In this document: positions 1 to 8,713 of the stretch, one piece after another
How positions within the stretch are numbered: position 1 is the first letter of the stretch
Layout: each line of letters begins with the position of its first letter
Assembly: GCA_964567555.1 (NCBI GenBank)
Contig: CAZMNA010000004.1
Span: 6,234-70,233, forward strand
Length of the DNA stretch: 64,000 nt
Direction: 5' to 3'
Origin: an uncultured Candidatus Saccharibacteria bacterium
GTDB lineage: Bacteria; Patescibacteriota; Saccharimonadia; Saccharimonadales; UBA10212
Notes under the pieces: generated by a model
The model's database searches: none
Seen by the model: only the letters and a program-made list of their open reading frames with translations
What the model was told of the DNA's origin: nothing
Made by a program: the position numbers and the translations under genes

Positions 1-782
1 ACCTAGCTACCGTTGGTGCCGGTTTGGCAGGTGTTGGGAAAATTCCATTTATATCTAGCTACGCGGCCTTTTCGCCAGGGCGAAATTGGGAACAAATCCG
101 TACGACTATTTGCCTGAATGACCGGCCAGTAAAAATTGCAGGGAGTCATGCCGGTGTAAGCGTCGGTCCAGATGGGGCTACCCACCAAATGCTGGAAGAC
201 ATTGTTTTGATGCGAGCGCTACCAAACATGGTTGTGCTGGCGCCGTGCGATAGCGTAGAGGCCGCCAAAGCTACAAAAGCCATGGTGGCGGACAAACGCC
301 CAAATTACATAAGACTAGCCCGGGAAGCCACGCCGGTAATCACCACCAAAATGACTCCTTTTGAAGTCGGTCCTGCCTATATTTTTCGCGGAGGCAGGGA
401 CGTCTCATTAGTTGCAACGGGCACGATGACATATCAGGCTCTGGAAGCGGCCAAGCTTCTGATTAAGCATGGCATTTCGGCAGAGGTCATCCACGTACCG
501 ACCATAAAACCGCTGGACGGCAAGACAATTTTGGCCAGCGCGGCCAAGACCCAGCACGTCGTTACATGTGAGGAAGGCCAAATTAACGGTGGACTGGGTG
601 GCGCAGTAGCGGAACTTTTGGGGGAGAATTTGCCTACCGCCATGCTTAGAATTGGCATGCGTGACCGGTTTGGCGAATCCGGTGAACCCGAAGAACTGCT
701 CAAGCATTTTGGCCTGGACGCTAGCCATATTGCGCTCACCGCACGCCATTTTTTGAGCAACCACACAGGCCACAAACACTAA
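1..782 (+). CDS. tkt: Transketolase, C-terminal subunit/section (5'-partial; frame is open from the window edge)
   Basis: Frame 3 is open from nt 3. The translation ...AGSHAGVSVGPDGATHQMLEDIVLMRALPNM... fits the pyrimidine-binding and C-terminal domains of transketolase-family ThDP enzymes. Stop TAA at 780-782. Confidence 0.85.
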   Translation, partial: LATVGAGLAGVGKIPFISSYAAFSPGRNWEQIRTTICLNDRPVKIAGSHAGVSVGPDGATHQMLEDIVLMRALPNMVVLAPCDSVEAAKATKAMVADKRPNYIRLAREATPVITTKMTPFEVGPAYIFRGGRDVSLVATGTMTYQALEAAKLLIKHGISAEVIHVPTIKPLDGKTILASAAKTQHVVTCEEGQINGGLGGAVAELLGENLPTAMLRIGMRDRFGESGEPEELLKHFGLDASHIALTARHFLSNHTGHKH

Positions 783-785
783 TTT

Positions 786-1676
786 ATGAGTTGGCAGCTG
801 CTTATATCGGCCAGCGTATTACTAAATACTGCTAGCTATTTGATTTACCGGCTGCTGGCTAAAGTTAACCGTTCTAAGTCCGCATCTTTAGCGATTCCAG
901 CCAGCCTATATTTTGCTCAGATTTTCGCAGTGTTGGTCTACCTAGCCCTCAATCCGCATGTGGATATGGCCAAAGTGGCCAGTTTTTGGTACCTCATAGC
1001 GCTAGGCGGAATTGGCTTTGGTTTTGCTAACTTCTTTTTATATAAGCTACTAAATTATCTAGATTCGGGCATAAGTAGCTTACTCGGGATGCTAAATGTT
1101 CTATTCACGGTCCTATTTGCCTATTTAATTTTGCACGAAAAATTAAGCTATATTCAGTTGGCGGGCTCCGTCTTGATGCTCGTAGCCGTGGCCTATGCTT
1201 TGTTAGTGGCATCCCAGCCCGGTAAGCATCGTCTGCACAGTCGTGCTTGGTCTTATGGTCTAGGTTTTGCGCTACTGGCCGGTGTTTTTTACGGTGCCGC
1301 CGCGGTCAATGAAAAATATTTGATTGAACATCTCAGTTTTGGTGCTTACCTTGTCTTTGGATGGGGTGCCCAGATTGTCGGTGCACAGCTGTTGCCAATA
1401 GTTTTCCAGCCCTCCTCCTACAAAGTCCTAAAAAATCTCAAAATATTTTGTCTTAGCATGGCCGGCGGGGGGCTGCGCGGTTTCTCAGGCCTACTGTATT
1501 TGCTTGCTCTGAAGCGCAGTAATAATGTCAGTCTGATGCAGGTCGTTCTTAACCTTCGCTTTATTCTTATAATCTTGTTTGGTGCGTGGCTTTTGCACGA
1601 ACATCATAAGCTTAAGCAAAAATTAGCTGCCGCATTGGTATCGGTTGTCGGTTTAACCATACTTTTGTGGAAATAG
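786..1676 (+). CDS. EamA/DMT-family membrane transporter
   Basis: 296-aa ORF that is hydrophobic throughout with many predicted helices, an EamA-like organisation. Starts 4 nt after the tkt stop. Confidence 0.65.
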   Translation: MSWQLLISASVLLNTASYLIYRLLAKVNRSKSASLAIPASLYFAQIFAVLVYLALNPHVDMAKVASFWYLIALGGIGFGFANFFLYKLLNYLDSGISSLLGMLNVLFTVLFAYLILHEKLSYIQLAGSVLMLVAVAYALLVASQPGKHRLHSRAWSYGLGFALLAGVFYGAAAVNEKYLIEHLSFGAYLVFGWGAQIVGAQLLPIVFQPSSYKVLKNLKIFCLSMAGGGLRGFSGLLYLLALKRSNNVSLMQVVLNLRFILIILFGAWLLHEHHKLKQKLAAALVSVVGLTILLWK

Positions 1677-1678
1677 CT

Positions 1679-1687
1679 TGGTAGAAT
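1679..1687 (+). promoter_or_regulatory. Extended -10 box TGgTAGAAT, 8 nt upstream of the fba ATG (leaderless-type)
   Basis: TG-n-TAGAAT at 1679-1687; ATG at 1696. No Shine-Dalgarno sequence lies in between. Confidence 0.5.
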
Positions 1688-1695
1688 ATAAGAAG

Positions 1696-2607
1696 ATGCC
1701 GCTTAAGTTAAAAGACATGAGGACCAACACATCACGGGCTCGTGAATGTTTTTCCCGCGCCCGGCGCGAGCACTTTGCGCTTGGGGCGTTTAATCTGGAT
1801 AACCAAGAAACGCTAATTGCCGTGTCGCGCGCGGCTGCGGCCCTAAAGGCGCCGATTTTGGTTCAAGCCAGTCATAGCGAAGTTGAGTCTATGGGGCTGG
1901 ATAACATACGCGACATGGTAGACAACTACAAGCGCGATTATAAGCTGGAGATGTATATAAATTTGGATCACAGCCCTAGCGTGGATGCGGCCATTGCTGG
2001 CATTACCGCCGGCTTTGAATGTATCCATATTGATATTTCCCAGGCCAACCATGGCGCCAGTGAAAAAGAAATTATAGCTGGCACTCGTAAAGTTGTGGCG
2101 GCGGCCAAACTGACCGGCGCCATGGTAGAGGCAGAACCGCATTATTTTGCCGGCGGCTCCAACGTCTTCACCAAAAAATTTGACTACGCGGAAATTAAAA
2201 AAACTTTTTCAACACCCGAGGGTGCTAAGAAATTTGTAGAAGCCACCGGAATTGATATATATGCTGCCGCCGTCGGCAATCTGCACGGCCACTACCCAGT
2301 ACCCAAAAAGTTGGACCTTGATCTTCTGCGCCAAATTCGGGCATCGATTGGCTGCAACATCAGCCTTCACGGCGGCAGTGGGACGCCGGCGCGCTATTTT
2401 ATAGAAGCTGCCAAGATTGGTGTTACTAAAATTAACATTAATACGGACATGCGCATTGCCTTCCGTGAAACTCTAGAAAAGGCCCTGGCTGACAACCCGC
2501 ACGAAACCTCCGTTGCTAAACTTATGTTTCCGGTCATAGGGGCGGTTCAAAAAGTCGTTGAATCTAAACTATCCGATTTCAACTCGGCCGGCAAAGCCAA
2601 GCCGTAA
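1696..2607 (+). CDS. fba: Fructose-bisphosphate aldolase, class II
   Basis: Class II aldolase hallmarks are present (..INLDHS.., ..VGNLHG.., ..ISLHGGSG..). The ORF track starts at TTG 1678. ATG 1696 (MPLKLKD...) is preferred because of the -10 box 8 nt upstream. Confidence 0.85.
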   Translation: MPLKLKDMRTNTSRARECFSRARREHFALGAFNLDNQETLIAVSRAAAALKAPILVQASHSEVESMGLDNIRDMVDNYKRDYKLEMYINLDHSPSVDAAIAGITAGFECIHIDISQANHGASEKEIIAGTRKVVAAAKLTGAMVEAEPHYFAGGSNVFTKKFDYAEIKKTFSTPEGAKKFVEATGIDIYAAAVGNLHGHYPVPKKLDLDLLRQIRASIGCNISLHGGSGTPARYFIEAAKIGVTKININTDMRIAFRETLEKALADNPHETSVAKLMFPVIGAVQKVVESKLSDFNSAGKAKP

Positions 2608-2616
2608 GCATTTTCG

Positions 2617-2625
2617 TGCTACAAT
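2617..2625 (+). promoter_or_regulatory. Extended -10 box TGcTACAAT upstream of the PfkB-family gene
   Basis: TG-n-TACAAT at 2617-2625. The next ATG (2636) opens a 7-codon mini-ORF that ends 2 nt before the kinase ATG at 2662. Confidence 0.45.
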
Positions 2626-2661
2626 CTAAGAGGTTATGGTTAAAAGAAAGAGCTTGTAAAA

Positions 2662-3669
2662 ATGGCACGGGCGCAGCTGGATGTATTAAGTGTCGGCGAC
2701 GTAGTCATAGACGATTTTATCCGTCTCTTGGATAACGAAGAGCGAGTAGAGAAACGCGATGGTGAGAGCTGGCTGGCTTTTCCGTTTGGCACCAAGATTC
2801 CATTTGACCACAGCGACGTCGTTCCCGGTGTGGGCAATGCTGCCAATGCGGCAGTGGCGTTTGCGCGCTTGGGTTTCCGTTCCGGATTGGTATCAAACGT
2901 TGGTGATGATGAGCATGGGCGCCAGATAACTTCCGCACACAAAGCAAATGATGTGGATACCCGCTTCATCCACATAAATCCTGGCAAAAAGAGCAACTAC
3001 CATTACGTACTTTGGTACAAGGCAGAGCGGACGATTTTAATCAGGCACGAAGAATATGATTACCACTGGCCGCGCTTTAGGGAGATTGATATCCCCGATT
3101 GGATTTACTTTAGCTCAGTCAGTAAACACGCACTGAATTATCATGATCAAATCGCTGACTGGCTGGACGAAAGCTCTGAAGTTAAGCTGGCCTTCCAGCC
3201 GGGCACTTTCCAAATAGAAGCGGGCGTCCACCGTCTGGCACGGATTTATAAACGCTCTGAAGTTTTGGCCGTCAACCGCGAAGAAGCCGCCACGATTTCC
3301 GGTGGCAAGCACAGTGACCTAGATGATTTGTTTGAACGCTTGCATAAACTCGGTCCTCGGATAGTCGTCATCAGCGACGGCCCGGCTGGGGCATATGCTT
3401 CTGACGGTGAAAAGAGGTTTAAGATGCCAATCTATCCTGATCCCAAAGAGCCGTATGACAGAACTGGCGCCGGTGATGCTTTTACCTCCACCTTTGTCGC
3501 CGCTATTATGAATGGCGCTGATATTGAGCAGGCGCTACTTTGGGCGCCGGTTAACTCTATGAGTGTCGTCCAAAAAGTCGGCGCTCAGGCAGGGCTTTTA
3601 ACCCAAGCCGAGGTTGAACATTATTTACGTGATGCGCCTAAATGGTACCACCCGGAGAGGATAAAATGA
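2662..3669 (+). CDS. PfkB-family carbohydrate/nucleoside kinase (ribokinase-like)
   Basis: N-terminal GVGNAANAAVAFARLG and C-terminal DRTGAGDAF (the DTxGAGDxF signature of the PfkB family). Confidence 0.8.
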   Translation: MARAQLDVLSVGDVVIDDFIRLLDNEERVEKRDGESWLAFPFGTKIPFDHSDVVPGVGNAANAAVAFARLGFRSGLVSNVGDDEHGRQITSAHKANDVDTRFIHINPGKKSNYHYVLWYKAERTILIRHEEYDYHWPRFREIDIPDWIYFSSVSKHALNYHDQIADWLDESSEVKLAFQPGTFQIEAGVHRLARIYKRSEVLAVNREEAATISGGKHSDLDDLFERLHKLGPRIVVISDGPAGAYASDGEKRFKMPIYPDPKEPYDRTGAGDAFTSTFVAAIMNGADIEQALLWAPVNSMSVVQKVGAQAGLLTQAEVEHYLRDAPKWYHPERIK

Positions 3670-4691
3670 GCCAAGCCTTGGCAGATCTATTGGGTAAGCC
3701 TAAGGAAGAAGTTGCCAAGTGGGTTGGGAACATGGAAGCAAGGACTGGCTTTAAGAGCCAGGACATCCGTGTTTTAGCAGATATGAACTTAAACTTGCGC
3801 CAAAAAATTTCCGCTTTGGGATTGGACCCAGACGACACGACTAGCGAGGAGCTCTACCATGCCTTAGTGGCGAAATACGGTAATGATTCGGAACTTATCA
3901 ACAAAGCTTTGGCCGTGGACGAGCGAGCAGACTTTGCGGCCCGCCAAAATCTAGCAATTGGTCTACTGAGTCACCTCGTACCGTCTGCCCACGGCTGGTC
4001 GCTCAAAAATACGGCAGCAAAGGCAATCATAAAGAACCTCCCACCCAAGAAAGTTATGAAGGTCTGGGGCTATCGCTCGGTTGACTCGCTACTCAAGCGT
4101 GAGGATGTTGCAGAGGTTGTGCTGGCCGCCAAGACAAGCGAGCCGACTATGTGGCAAAAAAACTTTGCTGCTGCCTCAAGGAAGGTGGGGCAGGCAGACT
4201 ACCAGCTGGCTCACGTGCGTGTTCTTAGACTCAAGGCCGAGCGCGACTACGGCGACGAATGGTGTGTAGAAAATGGTCAGCTGGCTGTGGTAGCGCTTAA
4301 CCCGGCCAAAACTCAGGATACGCCAGTTTTGTCCATGGCACTGCTGCTTTTAAAAGGAGTAGAGAGAACTAGCCTACGCTACGAGGCTAAGCCGCTAACT
4401 AAAATAAACCCGGCTCTATCTTTTTGGCAAGGCGCAGAACATTTACTGGCACGGGCCGAAGGTCCGCCTGTTTCGCTAAATATTAATGACGTTAGTCGCT
4501 CTCATGATGATGGCAACAAATTTGGAGAGCATTCCTTTGCCCACGCTGCTGACGGCTTGTTTAATGAACTCGCCAATAGCTATGAAGCTCTGGCTGCCCA
4601 AGTTTCTGGCGGAGCAGCTCAGTTGGAAGCTCAAGTTGATAAATCAATTAACCCTGTCCAAGACTTAGCGCTAGAGGCGGTTGAGGCCTAG
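3666..4691 (+). CDS. Hypothetical protein (no family recognised)
   Basis: Long ORF. ATG 3666 overlaps the kinase stop as ATGA, and the ORF ends 3 nt before the next start. No TM segments or known motifs seen. The ORF track lists an earlier start at 3642. Confidence 0.55.
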   Translation: MSQALADLLGKPKEEVAKWVGNMEARTGFKSQDIRVLADMNLNLRQKISALGLDPDDTTSEELYHALVAKYGNDSELINKALAVDERADFAARQNLAIGLLSHLVPSAHGWSLKNTAAKAIIKNLPPKKVMKVWGYRSVDSLLKREDVAEVVLAAKTSEPTMWQKNFAAASRKVGQADYQLAHVRVLRLKAERDYGDEWCVENGQLAVVALNPAKTQDTPVLSMALLLLKGVERTSLRYEAKPLTKINPALSFWQGAEHLLARAEGPPVSLNINDVSRSHDDGNKFGEHSFAHAADGLFNELANSYEALAAQVSGGAAQLEAQVDKSINPVQDLALEAVEA

Positions 4692-4694
4692 CCT

Positions 4695-5273
4695 ATGCAG
4701 GGTGGGCATTATCAAATTTGCGTTTCTGGTGCGGCCAAAGGCCCTAGTGTGGAGCGCGGCGCCGAACTAGCGCAGAGCTTAGGAGCGGCAATAGCCAAGG
4801 CCGGCCATTCGCTTTTGACGGGAGCTACCACTGGCCTGCCGGACGATGCCGCAACCGGCTATAAGAAGGCCGGCGGCAAAATAAGCTTTGGGCTTTCGCC
4901 GGCATCTTCAAAGGTAGAGCACGTCATGAAATACCGCTTGCCGGTAAAAAGCTATGACGTGATTTTATACACTGGCCTACACTATGGCGGGAGGGATTCG
5001 TTACTAATAAATTCTTGTGACGCCGTCGTCACTATAGGCGGCCGGCTTGGCACTCTGCACGAGTTCACTATTGCCGCCGAGACCCACACCCCGATTGGAG
5101 TATTGGAAGGGGCCGGCGGCATCAGTAGTCAGATAGAAATGCTGCTCAAGTTGCTACCCAACGCTAACCCCGATTACGTCGTTTTTGAAAAAGACCCCAA
5201 TAAGCTGATAGAGAAACTGACCAAACTGCTGGATAAAACCCATTCACACTATCACAGACTCTACTCTGATTGA
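4695..5273 (+). CDS. LOG / TIGR00725-like Rossmann-fold (SLOG) protein
   Basis: Size of about 190 aa, N-terminal ICVSGAA.. glycine-rich strand and ..TIGGRLGTLHEF.. resembling the (P)GGxGTxxE motif of the LOG/lysine-decarboxylase-like family. Confidence 0.6.
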   Translation: MQGGHYQICVSGAAKGPSVERGAELAQSLGAAIAKAGHSLLTGATTGLPDDAATGYKKAGGKISFGLSPASSKVEHVMKYRLPVKSYDVILYTGLHYGGRDSLLINSCDAVVTIGGRLGTLHEFTIAAETHTPIGVLEGAGGISSQIEMLLKLLPNANPDYVVFEKDPNKLIEKLTKLLDKTHSHYHRLYSD

Positions 5274-5282
5274 TAAAATATA

Positions 5283-7247
5283 ATGATGGCGAAGTTCCAT
5301 CTTAAAAGTGAATACAAGCCGACGGGCGATCAGCCGGCGGCGATTGAGGCCTTGACCAAAGGTTTGAAAAAAGGGGAGAAGAGCCAAGTTCTTTTGGGCG
5401 TTACCGGCAGTGGGAAAACCTTCACCATGGCCAATGTCATCAATAACGTGCAGCGGCCTACTCTAGTACTAAGTCATAACAAAACTCTAGCCGCCCAGCT
5501 TTATAACGAATTTCGCCAATTTTTCCCAGATAACGCCGTACACTATTTTGTAAGCTACTTTGATTATTACCAGCCGGAAGCCTACATGCCGCGCACTGAC
5601 ACCTATATTGAAAAAGACAGCGACATTAATGAAGAAATTGACCGTTTGCGGCATGCTGCTACGTCGGCTCTTCTGTCCCGGAGTGACGTAATTATAGTAG
5701 CGTCTGTTTCATGCATCTACGGTATAGGCTCGGTGCAGGATTATAACGATATGGCCGTCCGTCTAAAAGTTGGCGAGCGGAGAGTACGCGACAAATTCCT
5801 TCGCCAGCTGACGGACATCCAATATCACCGAAACGATGTGGCCTTTGAGCGCGGCAACTTTCGTGTACGCGGTGATGTGGTAGATATCTACCCGGCCGGC
5901 GAGGAGTCGGCCTACCGGGCAGAGTTTTTCGGCGACGAACTAGAACGTATTACCCGGATTAATCCCCTGACCGGTGAAATTGAAGCCAGTCTTGATCGAA
6001 CTACCATTTTCCCAGGCTCCCACTACGTCACTCCGGAAGAAAAACTTAAGAAGGCTCTGTCCAAAATTCGTGCCGAAGCCGATGAGCGTTTGACCTGGTT
6101 CAAAAAAGAAAATAAATTGCTAGAAGCTCAGCGGCTAGAGCAACGTGTTAAGTTTGACCTTGAAATGCTAGAACAAACCGGCTTTGTGAAGGGGATTGAA
6201 AATTACAGCCGCTATTTGACCAACCGCGAGCCAGGCGAACAGCCGGCCACTCTTTTGGACTACTTCCCGGACGATTACTTGATGGTGGTTGACGAGTCCC
6301 ATATGAGCATCCCGCAGGTGCGCGGCATGTACCACGGCGACCGCGCCCGAAAAGAAGTACTGGTAGAGTATGGCTTCCGCTTGCCATCGGCCCTAGACAA
6401 TCGGCCACTTAACTTCACGGAATTTGAGCACCATCTCAATCAAACAGTCTATGTTTCTGCCACACCGGCGGAGTATGAGCTTTCCCGCTCCCCCGAGCCC
6501 ATCCAGCAGGTTATTAGGCCAACCGGTCTACTGGACCCGGTTATTGAAGTTCGTCCGGTCAAAGGCCAGATTGATGACTTAGTTGCGGAGATTAAGTCAT
6601 CAACCAGCAAAAGCCAGCGGGTGTTGGTGACGACGTTAACTAAACGAATGGCCGAGGATCTGGCGGAATACCTGCAGGAGCTGCAAATGAAAGTCGCTTA
6701 CATTCATTCAGAAATTGAGACGTTGGAACGGACTGACATTTTGCGTGATCTGCGGCTCGGGATTTACGATGTGCTAGTCGGGATTAACTTGCTACGCGAA
6801 GGCTTGGATTTACCGGAAGTATCACTTGTAGCCATCATTGATGCCGATAAAGAAGGTTTCCTGCGCAGTGAGCAAGCGCTTATCCAGACTGTCGGCAGGG
6901 CAGCTCGCCACGTGGAGGGCCGAGTCATTATGTACGCCGATCATATTACGGGTTCCATGCAGCGTACAATTGATGAGACTAATCGTAGACGAAAAATCCA
7001 AGAGACTTATAACAAGAAACACGATATTACTGCAACCAGCATAAGTCGTGAGATTGGCGAGATGTTGCCGCGAACGGTTCAAGAAGAGACCAAACCCAAG
7101 CTGGATCTAAAAAAGATTCCAAAAGAAGAATACAAATTCTTAATTAAAGACTTGACGTCACAGATGGATTTAGCGGCTGCCAACTTAGAATTTGAAAAGG
7201 CCGCTGAGCTGCGCGACCTTATCGCCGAAGTCAAAGCCAAACTGTAG
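5283..7247 (+). CDS. uvrB: Excinuclease ABC subunit B
   Basis: Walker A GVTGSGKT, helicase motifs, and a C-terminal UVR motif [18 protein letters not shown]. An alternative ATG lies at 5286. Confidence 0.95.
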   Translation: MMAKFHLKSEYKPTGDQPAAIEALTKGLKKGEKSQVLLGVTGSGKTFTMANVINNVQRPTLVLSHNKTLAAQLYNEFRQFFPDNAVHYFVSYFDYYQPEAYMPRTDTYIEKDSDINEEIDRLRHAATSALLSRSDVIIVASVSCIYGIGSVQDYNDMAVRLKVGERRVRDKFLRQLTDIQYHRNDVAFERGNFRVRGDVVDIYPAGEESAYRAEFFGDELERITRINPLTGEIEASLDRTTIFPGSHYVTPEEKLKKALSKIRAEADERLTWFKKENKLLEAQRLEQRVKFDLEMLEQTGFVKGIENYSRYLTNREPGEQPATLLDYFPDDYLMVVDESHMSIPQVRGMYHGDRARKEVLVEYGFRLPSALDNRPLNFTEFEHHLNQTVYVSATPAEYELSRSPEPIQQVIRPTGLLDPVIEVRPVKGQIDDLVAEIKSSTSKSQRVLVTTLTKRMAEDLAEYLQELQMKVAYIHSEIETLERTDILRDLRLGIYDVLVGINLLREGLDLPEVSLVAIIDADKEGFLRSEQALIQTVGRAARHVEGRVIMYADHITGSMQRTIDETNRRRKIQETYNKKHDITATSISREIGEMLPRTVQEETKPKLDLKKIPKEEYKFLIKDLTSQMDLAAANLEFEKAAELRDLIAEVKAKL

Positions 7248-7286
7248 ATTTTTATGCAATAGTTGTGCTAAAGTCGCATTAATATT

Positions 7287-8384
7287 ATGCCGCAACCTAA
7301 CGTTTTGCCAGTAGGACTCGGTGATGGACTGGAGTTCGGGCCAGCGCCTCATTACTCACCCGCACAACATTCACCTAGGAGAGTTCCCGACGGTGTTAAG
7401 CTCGCTCCAACCTTAAGCGAAGGTAGCCAGCAAGCTATAGATGAAGCTCGCGGGGCTATGATGCGTGCGGGCATAGATGTTGATCATAGGGCCTTTGATG
7501 TTGTTGAAGCCACGGATCAAACGGTCGAAGCAATGAATGACCTCGGACTAGTGGAAGACAGAGAAATGGCAACAGAGTTGATTGCTCAGAAAATGCTTTC
7601 CCTATACTCAGCTTTACAAAACGAAGGAGTACATTCACCCGTTTTGCCATTCATCGGTCTAACAGTCAGTGAAAAAGGTATGTCATTTAATTCTCTTTGC
7701 CAACGATATAATCTTGGCCGTAGGCAAAATCCAAGCAGAAACCCAGAAGCAGTTATGTCGGCAGACTTTAAGAAAAACTATTCAGTGGCCAACGTCAATC
7801 GTCGAACCCTTGAGGGTCAACAGATTTATCTTCCTAGCGATCCAATTTACCCACTTGCCATGATAATTGGCGATGGTAAGAATGGATTAAGCCTAGCCAA
7901 GCATGAAGTTAAGGAGCAGCAAGAATACATTGCAAACCATAAACGAAAATACGACGAGAGTCATGAACTTAGTCAGATGCTGCTTATCAACCCGGTTGAT
8001 TATCTTATTATCAGTGCGATATTGAGAGTCCGCGGAGAACGACCGCTTGATCAGGGAGGTTTCGGTTCAAAAACGCGTTTTATTACAATGCCTGGATTCA
8101 CTGCCCGCAAGGATGGCTACAACATCAATGAATCTGCCATCGCTAGCTATGAAACTACTCCCGTCTCTGCGTCCTATAAAATGTATCCAAGCTATAAAAG
8201 CAAGTGGGATGGAGTTCGACCTGCACTTGCGCTCAAGGGTGACCTAGTTAATGATGATGAGGGAGAGCGACACCGAAGGATTGATGAACTGCGAAAAGAA
8301 ATGTTGAGCGCAGCCGGCAATCTAGACTACGAGAAAGCCATTGTACTACGTGATGAAATTGGAGAGTTAGAGCGCGCGACGTAA
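7287..8384 (+). CDS. Hypothetical protein with C-terminal UVR motif
   Basis: 365-aa ORF. The last ~35 aa (IDELRKEMLSAAGNLDYEKAIVLRDEIGELE) match the UVR motif of UvrB/UvrC. The remaining ~320 aa are unrecognised. AGR arginine codons are more frequent than in the flanking core genes. Confidence 0.6.
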   Translation: MPQPNVLPVGLGDGLEFGPAPHYSPAQHSPRRVPDGVKLAPTLSEGSQQAIDEARGAMMRAGIDVDHRAFDVVEATDQTVEAMNDLGLVEDREMATELIAQKMLSLYSALQNEGVHSPVLPFIGLTVSEKGMSFNSLCQRYNLGRRQNPSRNPEAVMSADFKKNYSVANVNRRTLEGQQIYLPSDPIYPLAMIIGDGKNGLSLAKHEVKEQQEYIANHKRKYDESHELSQMLLINPVDYLIISAILRVRGERPLDQGGFGSKTRFITMPGFTARKDGYNINESAIASYETTPVSASYKMYPSYKSKWDGVRPALALKGDLVNDDEGERHRRIDELRKEMLSAAGNLDYEKAIVLRDEIGELERAT

Positions 8385-8417
8385 CCGCTGTTAATTTTGC
8401 TATACTAAAGTAAATAT

Positions 8418-8711
8418 ATGGCAAAGTTGACTAAAGACCAGGTCTTAAAATTGGCTAAACTGAGCCGATTGAAGTTAACAGATGAAGAGGTTGAGAAATT
8501 TCAAACCGAATTATCGGAGATTCTGGACTACGTTGCTCAGCTAGATAATGCCGACACTAAGGGGTTGGGACCAACATACCAAGTGACCGGCCTGAAGGAC
8601 GTTATGCGTAAGGATACGCTGGTCGATTACCAAGCGAACTCCTCCGCTATTTTAAAATTAGCTCCAGCCCTAGAAAAGAACCAGTATAAAGTTAAACGAG
8701 TCCTGAATTAG
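8418..8711 (+). CDS. gatC: Asp/Glu-tRNA amidotransferase subunit C
   Basis: 97 aa with typical GatC sequence (LAKLSRLKLTDEEVEKF...LDYV..L) in the gatCAB context. Confidence 0.9.
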   Translation: MAKLTKDQVLKLAKLSRLKLTDEEVEKFQTELSEILDYVAQLDNADTKGLGPTYQVTGLKDVMRKDTLVDYQANSSAILKLAPALEKNQYKVKRVLN

Positions 8712-8713
8712 CG

